Below, in pieces: positions 49,294-62,504 of a DNA stretch of 64,000 bases. The notes beneath the pieces were generated by a model that made no database searches, had not been told where the DNA came from, and saw only the letters and a program-made list of their open reading frames with translations. This DNA is from Nageia nagi. Taxonomy: Eukaryota; Plantae; Pinophyta. Within the stretch, counting starts at the first letter, position 1, and the number at the start of each line of letters is the position of its first letter. Where the stretch lies: NCBI GenBank assembly GCA_050084985.1, contig JBITNC010000001.1, forward strand, positions 155,372,001-155,436,000. The letters are read 5' to 3'. The translations under genes and the position numbers were made by a program.

Positions 49294-52200
49294 ATGGCAT
49301 TAGTTGCTCAAAACATCAAAAACAGGAAGCAGAGAAGGCTCACGATGGATAGTCTCATCACGCTCGAACACACAACAGAGCCAGTGATGCCTACCGCAAG
49401 AATCATTGACAAGCTGAGTGAGATCGGGGACACAGATTGTAACTCCCTCGATCCAATAAAAACTCTAATGAAAATACAAGCATTGGATCCAACTTCATTA
49501 GTAAAGGACACTTGGAAAACCTCCTTACTAGTAACAGCTTCTATGGTGCCATTCACCACTCCCTTCCCTAAGACGTGCTATGAGCTAGGAAAGCATTGTG
49601 ACATCAGAAAGAGGAGACTCCTCAATAGAAGGAACGAAGTAATCATGGACTTCTCTAAGGAAGGAATAGAAAACGCGTTCACTTGGAAAAGCGAAGGCCT
49701 ATCATACAGTGTACAGGACTCCTTGAGGTTCTACAAAAGTCTAAAACCTCCAGCTGATTTGATCAGAGATTGGTTGATCGATGACCGCAAGCATCTCACA
49801 GGAAGAGCCTTAGCAACACCAAACAGAGGAGAGTTCTATCTAGTAGTCTCTAGACTAATATCAATGTTTTCCAAAGTGACCAAACAGAAAGATGACACCA
49901 AATTACGGTCGGAATTCGCAAGGTTTTTATAGAGCTGATCAGCAGTGGTGAAGGCATAAGGTAGAGCAAAGTAATTAGTGATTCCTTGGCTCAACAACTG
50001 AAAAACATCCAGAGGAGCAAGAAATTCTATATGAACTCCTACTTGGTTTACCTACTCCTTCACAATAGGGAGAGGGTAACCTCAATCGCCAATACACAGT
50101 ATCTTTATGACCCCACACATCCAATGTCACATCCAATGTGGGAAAACTACCCACGATTCTTTGCTCATAACAAATGGAACAATGGAAACTGGAAGATGAT
50201 GACCGATGGTTTTGAAGGCAAAATCTACGAAGAGATCATGGGCAGAGCCAATGTACTCAGAATATCCAATGAGGTTGTTGCCGCTATCAAGGGACATGTA
50301 GACTTCTTTGCAGAAGACATAGAGTTCACCTACCTCAGGGTCTATGGCTCCAAAGAAGCCCCTTATAAGCTACCCCGTTACGCAAGTGATCGCATCATTC
50401 TCATGGAATTTTCAAGGCACTTGCTAAATGTACACGACCACTTACCAATTACCTATCGTCATCGGGAATTATGAATGCACCACCTGGTGACAAATTGACA
50501 TGATTAAACAAGAGCTGGCGTTGTATGAATTCCCGACCAAAGTAGCTGCGAATCAGTATGATCCCAATGGAGTGATTGATGCAAGGTTCCATTGGAGTGC
50601 ACTTTGGGATTTCTCGGAGGCGCTCCAGCCGCTCCAGCGAATCCGAAGGACCGCCGAAGCAGCCGGCCTCTCTCGGAGCACTAAAACAATTGCACATGAT
50701 TTTAAAAAAAAAAAGAGTCAAAATTTAAAATAAAAAACATAGTTGGATACTTGATAATTATGGTTTTGCTATTTTGGGCCTTTGGAATTTTGCTACTACG
50801 ACATTATGACTCATTTTGATATTATGACATTATGTACTACACTGATTCAAACTTGTTTGTAATTTAATGACATTATGGCTTGTTTTGATTTCTCATTTTT
50901 ACCTTTCAGATTCATACTTGATTCATATTATGATATCATCATTATGTTTTGTAATTTAAATTCATATTTGATAGTTAAAATGAATTAGAAACAATGAACA
51001 TGAAAAAATTTTAAAATCCTAAGGATTTTCTACTAGCCGCTCCACCTACCAAATTGGAGCCGCTCCCAAAAAATGACCCTCTGCTGCTCCACTGCTCCTG
51101 ACTCACCGTAGAACCTTGGATTGATGCATTTTTCAGAAGACATGGAACTCATCATATCCACACCAATCCCTTGGTAGCATTCAAAAGTACAGGAACATTC
51201 AAGACACCTTACCTTGCAAGTTCAATAGATTCACAACGAACTGAAAAAAGAACAAAAACAATACAAAGCTGAAGAAGCTGCCAGGTTAAGAGCCAATGCA
51301 CAGGTCATCGCACCCCCGAGCCATGGGTATGTTATTCCCATAAGATCCCCTTCAATAAGCCTAGCTCAAGGACAGAACGGGCAATATGCTACCAATAGCA
51401 TCCCCGAACAAACCATTGAAACAACTATCACAGGTACGACGAATGAAAACCTGGACCTCAGAAGAGCAGGCTTGATCTCTCAACCATTCAAACACTTGCA
51501 GAAAAAGATAAATCTCCCGCAAGATTTGAATCAAAGTGGTATGCGCTTGAATCAAAACCCTAGCACATCATCATCCAGTTCTGACAAATATGGACCAAGT
51601 GGCTCATCAAAGTCTGATGAAGAGATGGATCTTAGTGCACTCAACACTGACATGGAGATAAACCAAGATATTGCCTTTGATAGGGTCGACACCGATCATT
51701 CAGTAGAGATCCTTAATGAAGGCAATCCCTCAATTGATATGATTGTACAACAAGCAGCAGAAGCAGGCACCCCAAAATCCGCTCCTCGAAAACAAGCATC
51801 ACAAATGCCACCATCTCAGAGGACTAAGACATCAGCATAGAAGGGTACTTCAAGACCCAAGACAATGGTATCATCTTCAAGGGGAGATGATGGAAATGAA
51901 GAGGATGAGGGAGAAAAAGAAGACAAGTACAGCATGACATCGAGATCATCGAAAACGGAGAGATGGTTCCCTATGGAAAACAACCCATGGAACCCCGTTT
52001 CAACATGGTTGCAGTGATGGCTAATTTGAGTTCAAATCACCCCTGCGAAGGAGAGGATTGGGAAGATGAAAATGAGGAACTTCATCAGATTGATACTTTC
52101 ACCACCATTGTAGGAAAAGTCACCGACAAGGACAAGCTCTAATTAAGGAAAAACAAGGCTAGTACCGAAAAGTTTGCCCTCACCGTCAAGATAGAAGAGA

Positions 52201-53069
52201 CCCCTACAGAGATTGTTGGCCCATTGGGAATGGAGCATAGCATCATCACAAATGCACAGGCATTGAGGGAATCCGGTACCTTATTAAAGTTAGAGATTAG
52301 GGAGCTGAAGAAGAAAGTGGCAAGATAGGAAATGATTGACAAAGAAGTCATAGCTGCTAATTTGACAATTGAAGACATCAAAAAGCAGTTCGACTTAAGT
52401 ACTGGAATCACCGCTTTGAAACAAGGATGGACCAAGGACCTTATTAAGGCTATCAAAACACTCCACTCAAGCATGGTAAATTTTTATATTAAGGAGAAGG
52501 GGTCGCATTCTCTGGCAGAGAAAATAGACCAATTGATCATCAGATGTAAGGATAGGTACCCTACAATGTTCAACCTACAGAGAAGGGCAACCCATTATCC
52601 TTTCATGCTAGATTTTTGCATAGATTGGTTCCAGTTGTATGATTATTTGTTCTATATCAAAACCAAGTCCACCGACTTCATATACACCAGAACTCAACTC
52701 AAAGCCATCGTTAGTTAACAGGCAAGGGAATACGAATTCCAAGTACCCTTGTTTGAGGAAAACGACAACATTAAAGAGTATATTGCAATAATGACAATGA
52801 TCCACACCACTATTGCAGAGCAGTTGTGTCCCAAGGATCCACACAGCCTAAAGACAGGAAGACAAATGACAAGAGGGATGAGATTGGCCAATTGGTGCAA
52901 GGAAATGATCAAAACCAATAAGGCCATCTTGGAGCACCTGTTATCAAACGAAGGAGCCCTCCAGACAATCAATAGCGCCATCAAGAACGTAGAAGCGTTC
53001 ATGGAAAATGACATTGAAGCCAAAATCACCACAAACGTGCAAGTCATCTTCCCACAATCGCCAGAATAG
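49294..53069 (+). pseudogene. LTR-borne accessory gene, family C (~1,075 codons), interrupted by hAT MITE
   Basis: IGDTDC..LDP...PFTTPFP...IMDFS...KFYMNSYLVYLLLH...YLRVYG...PYKLPRYASDRIILMEFSR...YDPNG; coiled-coil C-terminus. Confidence 0.85.
50582..51118. mobile_element. hAT-type MITE, 537 bp
   Basis: TIRs CAAGGTTC/GAACCTTG; perfect 8-bp TSD GATTGATG (50574-50581 and 51119-51126); subterminal CCGCTCC repeats. Confidence 0.92.
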
Positions 53070-55288
53070 AAAGGGGTCTATTTTCGCAAGTTTTTGATAT
53101 GTAAGCCAAATATTTGGCCAACTTAGTGGATTTCCACTAAGTCCAATTGTAATTTTGATTAGCATTTTCAATTAGCTTGTAAATAGTTGTTAGTGTTACA
53201 ATTAGGGTTAGGGTTTTGAAACTCATTTCTAGGGTTTCAAAAGACACTTTTAGGGTTTCCAAAACTTTATAAGAGACCAGGAGTCTCATTTTTGTAAGGA
53301 CTTCATTATGAAGCAAACATTTCTTTTCTTGAAGAGTGAACTTTTGAGAATTGAGAGCTTATTGTAAATCTTGGCACCTCCTTTTTCAAAATATAATACA
53401 AAGTTGTTAATGCAAAGACTTGAGTTTGACACTTTTCTTATTGATGTTATGGATTGATTCTTTGAGGGCACTCATAGTTGGCTTGTGTACTTTCGTTTCA
53501 TTCCTTTGAAAGCTTTTGAGCTTTAAGGAAGTTATCTCTGAAAAACTTTAAAAAGTGCTTGAAGCTTACCTATGTTTGTTGCTTGATCCTTAACACACAA
53601 GTTGATTGGGTATTCTATGTCAGTTTCTACTTCCATGACATCTTGCTAGGTCCTTCATTCAAAACTATGATCCTCTCATTTTGCGACCTTCCATTTCCAT
53701 TATATTGAATCGGTCCTATTTGTAGAGAACCGACAATTGGCGTTCCTCCCCGCTCCTCTTTGAAGCAATTCAAATGCTGAGTTGTTTGCTTGCAAGGTTG
53801 GATGAATTGGATGAAGGGTCCTTAACCGATTCGGAAAAGATTAACTCTTAGACACTTTCCCGTCAGTGAACCTCAAACTCATACCCAACCAAGTATCCTT
53901 TCTTTCTCCAAGGTGTTGTCCTTCACCTTTTACAGTATTACTTTTATGCTTTCTCTATGCTTTTTTTATGCTACCATACCCAAATACAATCCTTAAATCC
54001 ACTCAAAAAGGTTTTGAACAAACTCTATACATCAAAGAATAAAACATCGTTGGTTAACAAGCTACTACCTGTCATTCCATTCTATTGAAGCTGTTTTCAA
54101 AGAGGGATACCACACTTTCTTTATCTATCCTTAGACCAGGAACAAGCTCGGCAGGCACACCTTGAACGTAGTAACATTAGGTCGACGAGTAAGTGTTTCA
54201 ACAAGAGCCTTGGAGGTACACAATCCTTTTCAAACGGGGGAATTGGTAACGCATTCCCACCTATGTTGCTTGGGATCTCTTAAGTTTCGCATGCGATATT
54301 CAGAGTGTCCCATGCGGGAAAGAAAAGCATCCCAACAAGAAGGTTAGCCTCGGTTAATCAGTTTGGAAGGTTAAGTCTGGAGCACTGCATGGAGTAAAGG
54401 AGAAAAAGCACAACCCCTAAAACGTGCGCCCTATTCCAAATTGCATTTTTTTAGTCATTTTCATCATTTTTTTGGAAATTTCTACCTGGGGAGGTGTGCT
54501 AAAGGCCAATCGCACCATTTTTAGTACATGCTTGGCACTCCCCCAAAACCATGCGCCTAGTCCCAAACATCTTGGCCCAGGGGTAAAATTGACTAAGTGT
54601 TGAAATTCAAGAAGGGCGGGCCAGGCACAAGCTTTAAGGCGCATGCTTTTGCACCCATTCCAAAGGGTGTGACAAGGAAATAGAGCTTCAAAGTGGCATG
54701 AAAATTGACTAAGTCCCTTCTCCTTAGTCATTTTCATTGCTTCATTTCAGATTTGCACCCAAATTCCTAGTCACAACATTTCAGGGACATGCTTAATCAC
54801 TCATTCAAATCGGTGCACCAGGGAGGAATAAGGAGTTAGGATTTTGTTGGTACAACCAGTTAGCCATTTTGGGCTAAGACATTTCATTTGAGCCCTAGAA
54901 ACTGAGGCGCATGTTTTCCAGTACATGCTTTTCCACTCATCCAAAGTGACCTAGGACCCAATCGCATGTTTCCTAGACAGTGAAAAAACACTCATCTCAA
55001 ACCATGCACCCTAGGGTTACAAGCTGAAATTGAGTAAGCGTGAGATGCCAAGAGTTGAGAAGAGAAAGAGATGAGTGGCAGGCATGCATTTTGCCATACA
55101 TCCACCTTCCATGCATCTCATATAAAAAGGGCAGCCTTGATTCATTTTGTTGGACGTCCTGCAGCCCAAACCTACACGTTTGACCTCTTCTTGTTGCATC
55201 CTCCAGGGTGTCTGGATTGATCCTTGGGCTTTTATGAGGGCCTCCAACCATTTTCATTCCTTTTTCTGCATTTACTTCAGAATTCAAT

Positions 55289-58189
55289 ATGACTTCAAAA
55301 GTGAGGCTGCCCCCACTCAAGGCCAAGAAAGTTCAAGGGCAGCTATTTGAAAGACGTGACTAAGGACCAGATGACAAGGCTCTTGAAAGAGAGCCAAATA
55401 GAGTTTCAAGAAAGGGAAAGACCAGAGCTCCTTGAAGCCAAATTCAAGGGGAGATACGTCTTTGTTGGAGATACAGACTGAGGAAATGTCGACCCCATCC
55501 AGACCATAGCCTCCACTACCTCCATTAGCAAGGAGGACCTGTCAAATGAACTCATCCACACCTGTGGATTGTTCAATGCCACCATGATGCCTTTTGCAAT
55601 TCCTTTTCCTTAATTGTGCTACGAGGTAGCCAAGAGATGTAAATATGACAAGAGAGTCCTCCAAGACACAGAGAGGAATGTAATTATGGACTTCTCCCCC
55701 AAGGGAGTTGAAGCAGCCTTTGGCTGGAAAAGATACGAGGATGATTATACATTGACAAATTCATAAGAGTTCCATGATTCCACTACCTGGCTTGGGGACG
55801 ACATCTGATCATGGCTTTATGAGGATTATCAGAATATTCAGGGCCAAAGATTGGTCAGCAGCGTAGGAAGGAATTCCTTCCTACAGTGGCCAAGTTGATC
55901 ACTTTGTTGTCCAAAGTCACAAGTCAAGAGAATGACTCTAAGTACAGGAAGTAGTTCACAGGATTCATTGCAGTAATCAGCTACGGGAGAGCTATGAGAT
56001 GGAGTAGGGTGATCAGCAATGCCCTGCACCACCAACTGGCTTTGGTTCCTCGAGGAGGTTCTATATGAACTCCTACCTTGTGTACCTGTTGTTGCATGGC
56101 AAGCTCAAATCCAGAGAGCTTGCGGATAAGAGATACTTGGGTCAAAAAGGCATTTCTGTGTGGTGGGTATACCCGAAGTGGTGGTATCACAAGAAATTTC
56201 AGCATTTCTATGAGAGGAACGATCGATGGGAATACTCCATCTATAAAGACATATAAGATGAATCAATCGTGAAGAGGATTTCTGAATGCTACCATCCAGG
56301 CCATTAGTGCACATACAGATTTCTATCTGCAATATATTAATCATACATTCATCAAGGTCTATGGCTCCGACGAGCAACCCCTACTGCCCAGATATGCTAG
56401 CAACAGACTCATTCTCATGGAATTTGCTAGATAGTTGTTGTTTTTGAAGGAACAAGTATGGAGAAAGAAGAATGCAACCATTAACTTGCCCATCTCTATT
56501 GCAAGTTATGTTTGCCATACGTGGGTTGAGGCCAGCAATATGAAGTTGCAGCAGTACGTCTTCTTCAAGGAGGCAGCAACTAGAAATTATAATCCAAGAG
56601 GTGTAATTGCTCATTTCTACAACACCGCATTCCAAAAACAGATAACTTTTCAGCATAAATCTTTAGGGAAAGCGGAGAAGTACCAAAATGTGCAGAGTAA
56701 GGAGGAAATTGCATAGATAGATGCTCTTTTGAGCAAGAAGAAGACCCCCCTCCATGAAAAAAGACCACCTCAAAGACCACACACTATCAAGGCAAGATCT
56801 AAAGAGGTCCCACTCAGGATCAAGACATCCCCTCCTGCCAGTGTTGAACCTCCACAAGGTAGAGTGCCCTTGCTTCTTGTCGGGAAGAGACAAGGAGCTC
56901 CAAGAGAGCACATCCCAGGACCTAGCAAACGCAATGTAGTGATGGCCTATTTGAGAGATGTTGGCTATCGCACTGGTCCCTTGAGCATGCTGGAGAAGGC
57001 TTGTGCCAATGATTTACCCACATAAGACTTTCCTTCTAGACCCACTCATCCTCCTGGATGTGCAAAGAAGGTTTCCCCACTGCAACCAAGTTCCAGTTCT
57101 TTCGAGCATTCCACTTCTTCCGATGAAGAAATTGGTGAGGAACTCGGCCATACAGTAGAAGACTTCGAGGAAGAGACAGAGAGCCAGAGGAGTGATGAAG
57201 AGAGTCGTGGTGAAGAAGAAGAAGAAGATGATGATAATGATGATGTCGTTGATGAGTAGTACCCGAACAAGACAATGTATTTGTGTGTGCTTCCGCACCT
57301 GATGAGATAGAGATTGAAACTCTCCCAGATGATGATGAGATTGTGGACGTTGGGACTTATGATGATGATGAGGTCCAAGTTGTTGGAGTAAAGTGTGTCA
57401 GAGAGGTGGGTACCTCTAAACATTCTCCTGTCGAGCATAGAAACAACTCACACTCGTCTTCCTAGAAGCCCTCTGTGAAGAGGACCAACCATGAAAGATC
57501 CCCTTAGCCACGGAACAAAGGCATATCAATAGGTGGTGACGAAGGAGATGAATAAGACAAAGGGGAGATTCAAGAGCAGAAGAAGAAGAGAAAGCAAGAT
57601 GAACACCAAGGTAAGGAAGTAGCCCTTGTTCAGACTACTCTGGCTGAAGAGGTCAAGAAGGTTAGACGAGGTCGATTGTTGGTGCAAAGGCTTCCTCCCT
57701 AGCTAGCAACCGAACATCCGGACCTTGACTTGCATGCCTGCCTTAGAGCTCTCAGCATGAGTACGGCTCATGATGAGGAGATAGACCAAGACCTGCATTC
57801 TGAGGATGAAGAAGAGGAGCTCTCTGATGGTGAGAAGATTACAAGAGTTGACACATTTGTTTCCACCTCTCGGAAAGACATCTCCATCAACCATTGCTAT
57901 TCAAAGGAAAAGCATCCTCAGAGGGCAGAAGACTGTGCTAGCAGGAAAATCATCAAGGAGTTCCAAAATATCAACACCACTCCTCTTGATCTGAAGAAGC
58001 AAGCCTCCTTCCATGGAGTTGATGAAGGATCAGCTGAAGAAGGAGATGATGGAGACCATTGAGAAGTTATGTTCTCAAATTTACAAGCTCCTCGAAGGTA
58101 GTGTTGAAATTTGGGAGCTACAAGCCCAAATCACAGCTCATCTTGACAAGTTGGATAGCTACCTCCCCAACGTCTCCCACCTGCAGCAT
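55289..58189 (+). pseudogene. LTR-borne accessory gene, family B, second copy (internal deletion near 57937, 3'-truncated)
   Basis: Nucleotide-colinear with 26451-29500; TATAAAA at 55121. Confidence 0.85.
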
Positions 58190-58542
58190 CTAGGAGTCTC
58201 CCCAAGGCTAGCGCAAGTGTCTAAGTCCAACATTGGGCTCTAAATGCTTAATATGTCATCCTAGATGTTACATGAGGCTTGGGCTTCCCATAATTATTTT
58301 TAGGATCTCCAAGTGCATAAATAATAATAAAATACTCATCCTAAGCTTGGGAGGAAAACGTCCCTCTTTGGGGCTCAGGGATGAATTGTCATTCTCTCCA
58401 AAGACTACAGTTGGAATAGGCACTCTAAATGAACACAATGTCCCTGGACTTGGACCATAACGTAGGTTCTCCGATGGCTACTCAAATAGCCAATGAGAGT
58501 TCACTCACTATAATGAAACCGACGATGCAGCTGTGAGTGACA
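58190..58542 (-). mobile_element. LTR end fragment related to 59528-60672
   Basis: TAGGAGTCTCCCCAAGGCT also at 60381; ends ...GTGACA. Confidence 0.6.
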
Positions 58543-58697
58543 TTACTGACACAGGCTCATACCCAATGGACAATGCATGTACTATGCATCCACACTGTTT
58601 AGGTTTGTCTTAGGTTTTCAAGTTGACTTGTGTCAACCATTTTGTTGTTTTTTTTTAGCTTGCGTCGCTATTTTTATTGTTGTTTTGTTTTAGCTAT

Positions 58698-61600
58698 TAT
58701 TGTGACAAGCACAACAGTCCCCAAAATCCTGCAATTTTGGGGACCCTTTGCACTTTTTGCTCTAAGCGATGCCACGCCTATCTTGGAGCTTCAACCACTT
58801 GGTTATCACATCCATCATTCTTCACCTAAGTGTCACAACTTTCTCAATCTTAGCCATGTTAGACGAAGCTCAAAATTTCAAAAAATGACTAAGTCTGGAA
58901 TCAAGAAATTGAGTCTAGGTGAAATAAGGGAATCCAGGTCAAGTTCAACCTAGAGCAAAGTGAAGGGCAACCCTCCAGCAAGCTAGCACACATCTCAAAA
59001 AGACAAGTTTTTGTCTTTCTATGGCGAGCGCCCAGATGCAAGAGCCACCCAGGTCGAGATGAAGCATAAGTGGAGCAAACTGAGGCATTCTAAAGCCCAA
59101 CGTATGTCTCCAAAACACAAGTTTTGGTCTTTTTCCAACATGCGGCCGACTAGGAAGAGGAGAAAATCTAAGTGTTGAGGCAAAGAGGCCAATCTAGCTC
59201 TCCCAGAGACACAGCGCAAGGTTCAAAAAGACAAGATTTTGTCTTTCTGCGGCATGCACCCAGATCAGGAGGTCGCCCGAGACAAGGTTGAGATCGAACA
59301 AGCAAAATTGGAGCACCTTGGGGCCGAGCGCACCTCTCAAAAAGACAATATTTTGTCTTTTTGTGGCATGCACCTAGGACAGAAGGCCACCCAAATCGAG
59401 CTTGAGGAAAATTTTGACTAAGGCATGAGCTTTCAAGATCAGCATCCGACATAGAAAGGTCCAAGAGGGAAGGCACATGATTCCAAAAGCCAAGATTTTG
59501 ACTTTTGGTGGCATGCGCCTAGCCAAGTGTAAGGATCCAAAACACAACTCAAGTGCAATTAAACCAAAATACACAAGTATGCACCCAACATCTAGTTTAG
59601 AAGGGCAATTACAAGCATACAAACCCTCACAATGCCAACATCTGGCTTAATCATGCACGAATAAGTAAACAAACCACAAGGTTGCAATAGCAAAGCATAC
59701 ACAAGATAAATATGGCAATCCAATACCCAATGGCTATATATAAGATAAATGATGCTCAACAATATGATACCAAGCCCAACAGGGCTGACGTTGACCTCAA
59801 AGGAGCCAACTAGGGCAAACCGTGTATCCTCAATGTTGGAGGAACAAGTAAAACCATGGGATAGCCTCGCTCCTTCAGAACCTGAATCCTCTCCACCGAA
59901 GGAGCCCTCCTCTAATCCTGGTGACCAACTGAATGGTAGAAGCTCAACCTCGGAATACCACCGAATGGGCAAGGGTGCTACACCAATGTCATAGAGGATC
60001 AGGATACCTCAGCCTGATAGCCCTCCTAGATGCTACACCTAGGGAATTGCTTAGCGCCACTAAGACTGGTGTCCACAAGACAGTATTAATGAGATAATAG
60101 CATATTCGGGTGTATCCAACAATGAGGCTCCAATGCCTCTTTATACACTCAACTTTGTCTGGATCTCACCTAGGAGTCATCACATGACTCCTTAATCCCA
60201 ATATTAGCCTCCTGGGGGCCCAAAATACCCAACGTGGGTACCTAGGGGTCAAGCATGACACATGGGGGCTTGGAGTGCCATAAATGCCAACATGGGGGTC
60301 TAGGAGTGCCACGCATGCCCAACGTGGGTCTAGGAGCCATGCGTGGGGTCTAGGTGTCATAATGGGCCAACGTGGGGCTTTAGGAGTCTCCCCAAGGCTG
60401 GCACATGTATAGAAGTGCTCATCCATCCATCTAAGTGTAAAACAGACCTTGGGATTCCCACAATCAAGATCGAGATCTCCAAGTATAATAAAACACCTAT
60501 TTTATGTTTGGGAGGGAGACGTTCTGCTTGGGGCTCACAATGGGGTCCATTGACCCATTAAGTCTTCTATCCTAAGTTACAACATGAAAGTACAATGCAA
60601 TAATAAAATATATTACAAAAGGAATATATCGGATTCCACAATTAATTACAATCATGCAAGGAGGGTGTCACACCAAGGGAGAGCCCGATTAGAAGAGAAT
60701 GGTTCAATTTGGCCAAGCACTGCTCATAAAGGTCCCAAAACTAGCGAAATTGGACAAGAGGAAGCCAACGCATGATTTAATAAAACAAATTCTTGACTTT
60801 CTGGAGCATGCGCTCAAGCTGGGATGACGAGCAGGATAGGTGCACCAGAAAAAAGACCCAATCTTGACTTTTGGTAGCATGTGCCCAACCTAGAAGGAGG
60901 TCTAGGTGGCTTCGAAGGTGAAAAATGGCCAAGTAATGAGAATAAAAGCCCAAAATCATGTCAAATCGGGAAAAGGAAGGCTAGCGCATGCCTCCAAAAG
61001 ACAAAAATGTGAATTTTTTTTTTGCAAGCACCCAAACTAGGGAGACTGGCAAGCTAGGTGCATAGAAAAAAGACAATCTTAACTTTTTATGGCAAGCTCC
61101 AAGTTTAGGTAAGCAAAACAAATCTGTTGCATCCGAAAAAAGACAATATTGTGACCTTTTATGGTATGTTCCAAGCTTGGAGAGGCACGCGCCCAAGAAG
61201 GCCAGATTTCAAGGACAAGTTCCCAGGTCATCCCAATGATACATGCAGGCTACTATATCACCCTCACAGATGCCAAAAGGTGAACAGGTCAAGCTAGGGA
61301 TTACAAAGGCGAAGAAGATCGACAAGTTTGAGTGCACCTGAAGAGCATAGAGGCGTGGTTTTGCAATCGCAAAAAAAATATTTTATTGCAATTTTATTTC
61401 AAATTTGGATTACAAAGATTTTTTAAATTTGGTTCAGCCTTGCGACAGATGAGGATTTGCTCCCACAAATGCTAGAATAAATCTTGTAACGCCATGTGGC
61501 GTATTTTTATTAGACCACTTTTAATTTTCTTGGAATTTGCATTAGGGTTAGGGCAACACTTAGGGTTGCCATGAAAAACTATTTGTATCCCTTGAATGCT

Positions 61601-62504
61601 CATTTGTAGGGGGAATAGAATTTTTGGGATGTGGAATTGAACATTTCCTAATAGATGAGTAGAGTATTTTTTCCTATCAAATAATTGTCTATGGTGAATG
61701 TGGCATGGACTTTAGTTAAAATTGCACAACTCCATTTCTTTGTTACTATGAGCTTGGGCATGCAATGTCATCATTGATGTGTTGCTTAGATGCTTGGGAC
61801 ATTTTACAGAAGAGTGTTGAATGTAATGCATAGTTGATGATTGCCCATGGTATACAACTAGACTTGTATAATTGTGGAGTGTGTTCCCCAATGACGTTTA
61901 ACATGAAAACTTCATCCACCTGTTGAAAGTACCCTCCGTGACACGACCAACTCCCTTGTCCCCTTAAACACTTGCTCCCTCCTCTGGACCATTTGTGTTG
62001 TTGGCTAGTGTGAGAGGATATATCCTACTTTTAGACCATTCATGTTGTTGGCTAGAATGAAAGGATAGGTGGATTCTTGGAACCCATAACAAACCCAAAG
62101 GAACTTGGCATTCAAACATTGTAGTCGTTGGTGGAGCTTGATGCAAGAGAGCTGAACTCTTATGCCTCCAGTCATTTCCAATCTTCCTATTTTTCTTTTA
62201 TTTTTTATTTTCTTTATGCAGCTTTTCACACCCTTTACTTCTTGTACCTGAGAAACAACCCTTGTCTAGGCACTGAGACAATCCGAGTCCTTGACGAACA
62301 AATATTATTTGAGTTGGTGGCAGCTTCAAACATCATAGCCAATCTTTGAGCCTCATTCTCGCACCATCCATTTCGAGAGACCTTTGAGGTAACCAATCCT
62401 TATAACAGATAGGGTTAATGCCCTTCCACCTAAGGTGTTGGTGTCTCTGCTAACCTTGCAGTTATTTGCCTATTCGTAAGGTAGGAAAGAAAAACCATCC
62501 AACA
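58698..62504 (+). mobile_element. Family A-related giant LTR (copy A3), largely ORF-less, preceded by a 3'-UTR-like segment
   Basis: T(A)TTGTGACAAGCACAACA start, A-type palindromes, 61440-61610 nearly matches 15110-15280, end ...GGAAAGAAAAACCATCCAACA matches the A1 end. Confidence 0.75.
59528..60672 (-). mobile_element. Solo LTR, 1,145 bp
   Basis: TGTAAGG...GTGTCACA with perfect 5-bp TSD CCAAG; minus-strand TATAAA near 60140; internal CCAACGTGGG.CTAGG repeats at 60225-60390. Confidence 0.88.

Larger units (their letters stand above)
45749..54337 (+). mobile_element. Complete solo giant LTR, family C (~8.05 kb without nested MITE), carrying the accessory gene
   Basis: TGTTGTG...CCCAACA; empty site TATAAAA-GGAAG-GTCAGCC vs filled TATAAAA-GGGTG[element]AGAAG-GTTAGCC gives a 5-bp duplication by length; no gag/pol or internal direct repeat pair. 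Confidence 0.8.
45126..58189 (+). mobile_element. Giant LTR family B, copy B2 (45126-45748 plus 54338-58189), interrupted by copy C and 3'-truncated
   Basis: TGTTGTGCCTGCACAACA start; colinear with B1 once C is removed. Confidence 0.85.
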
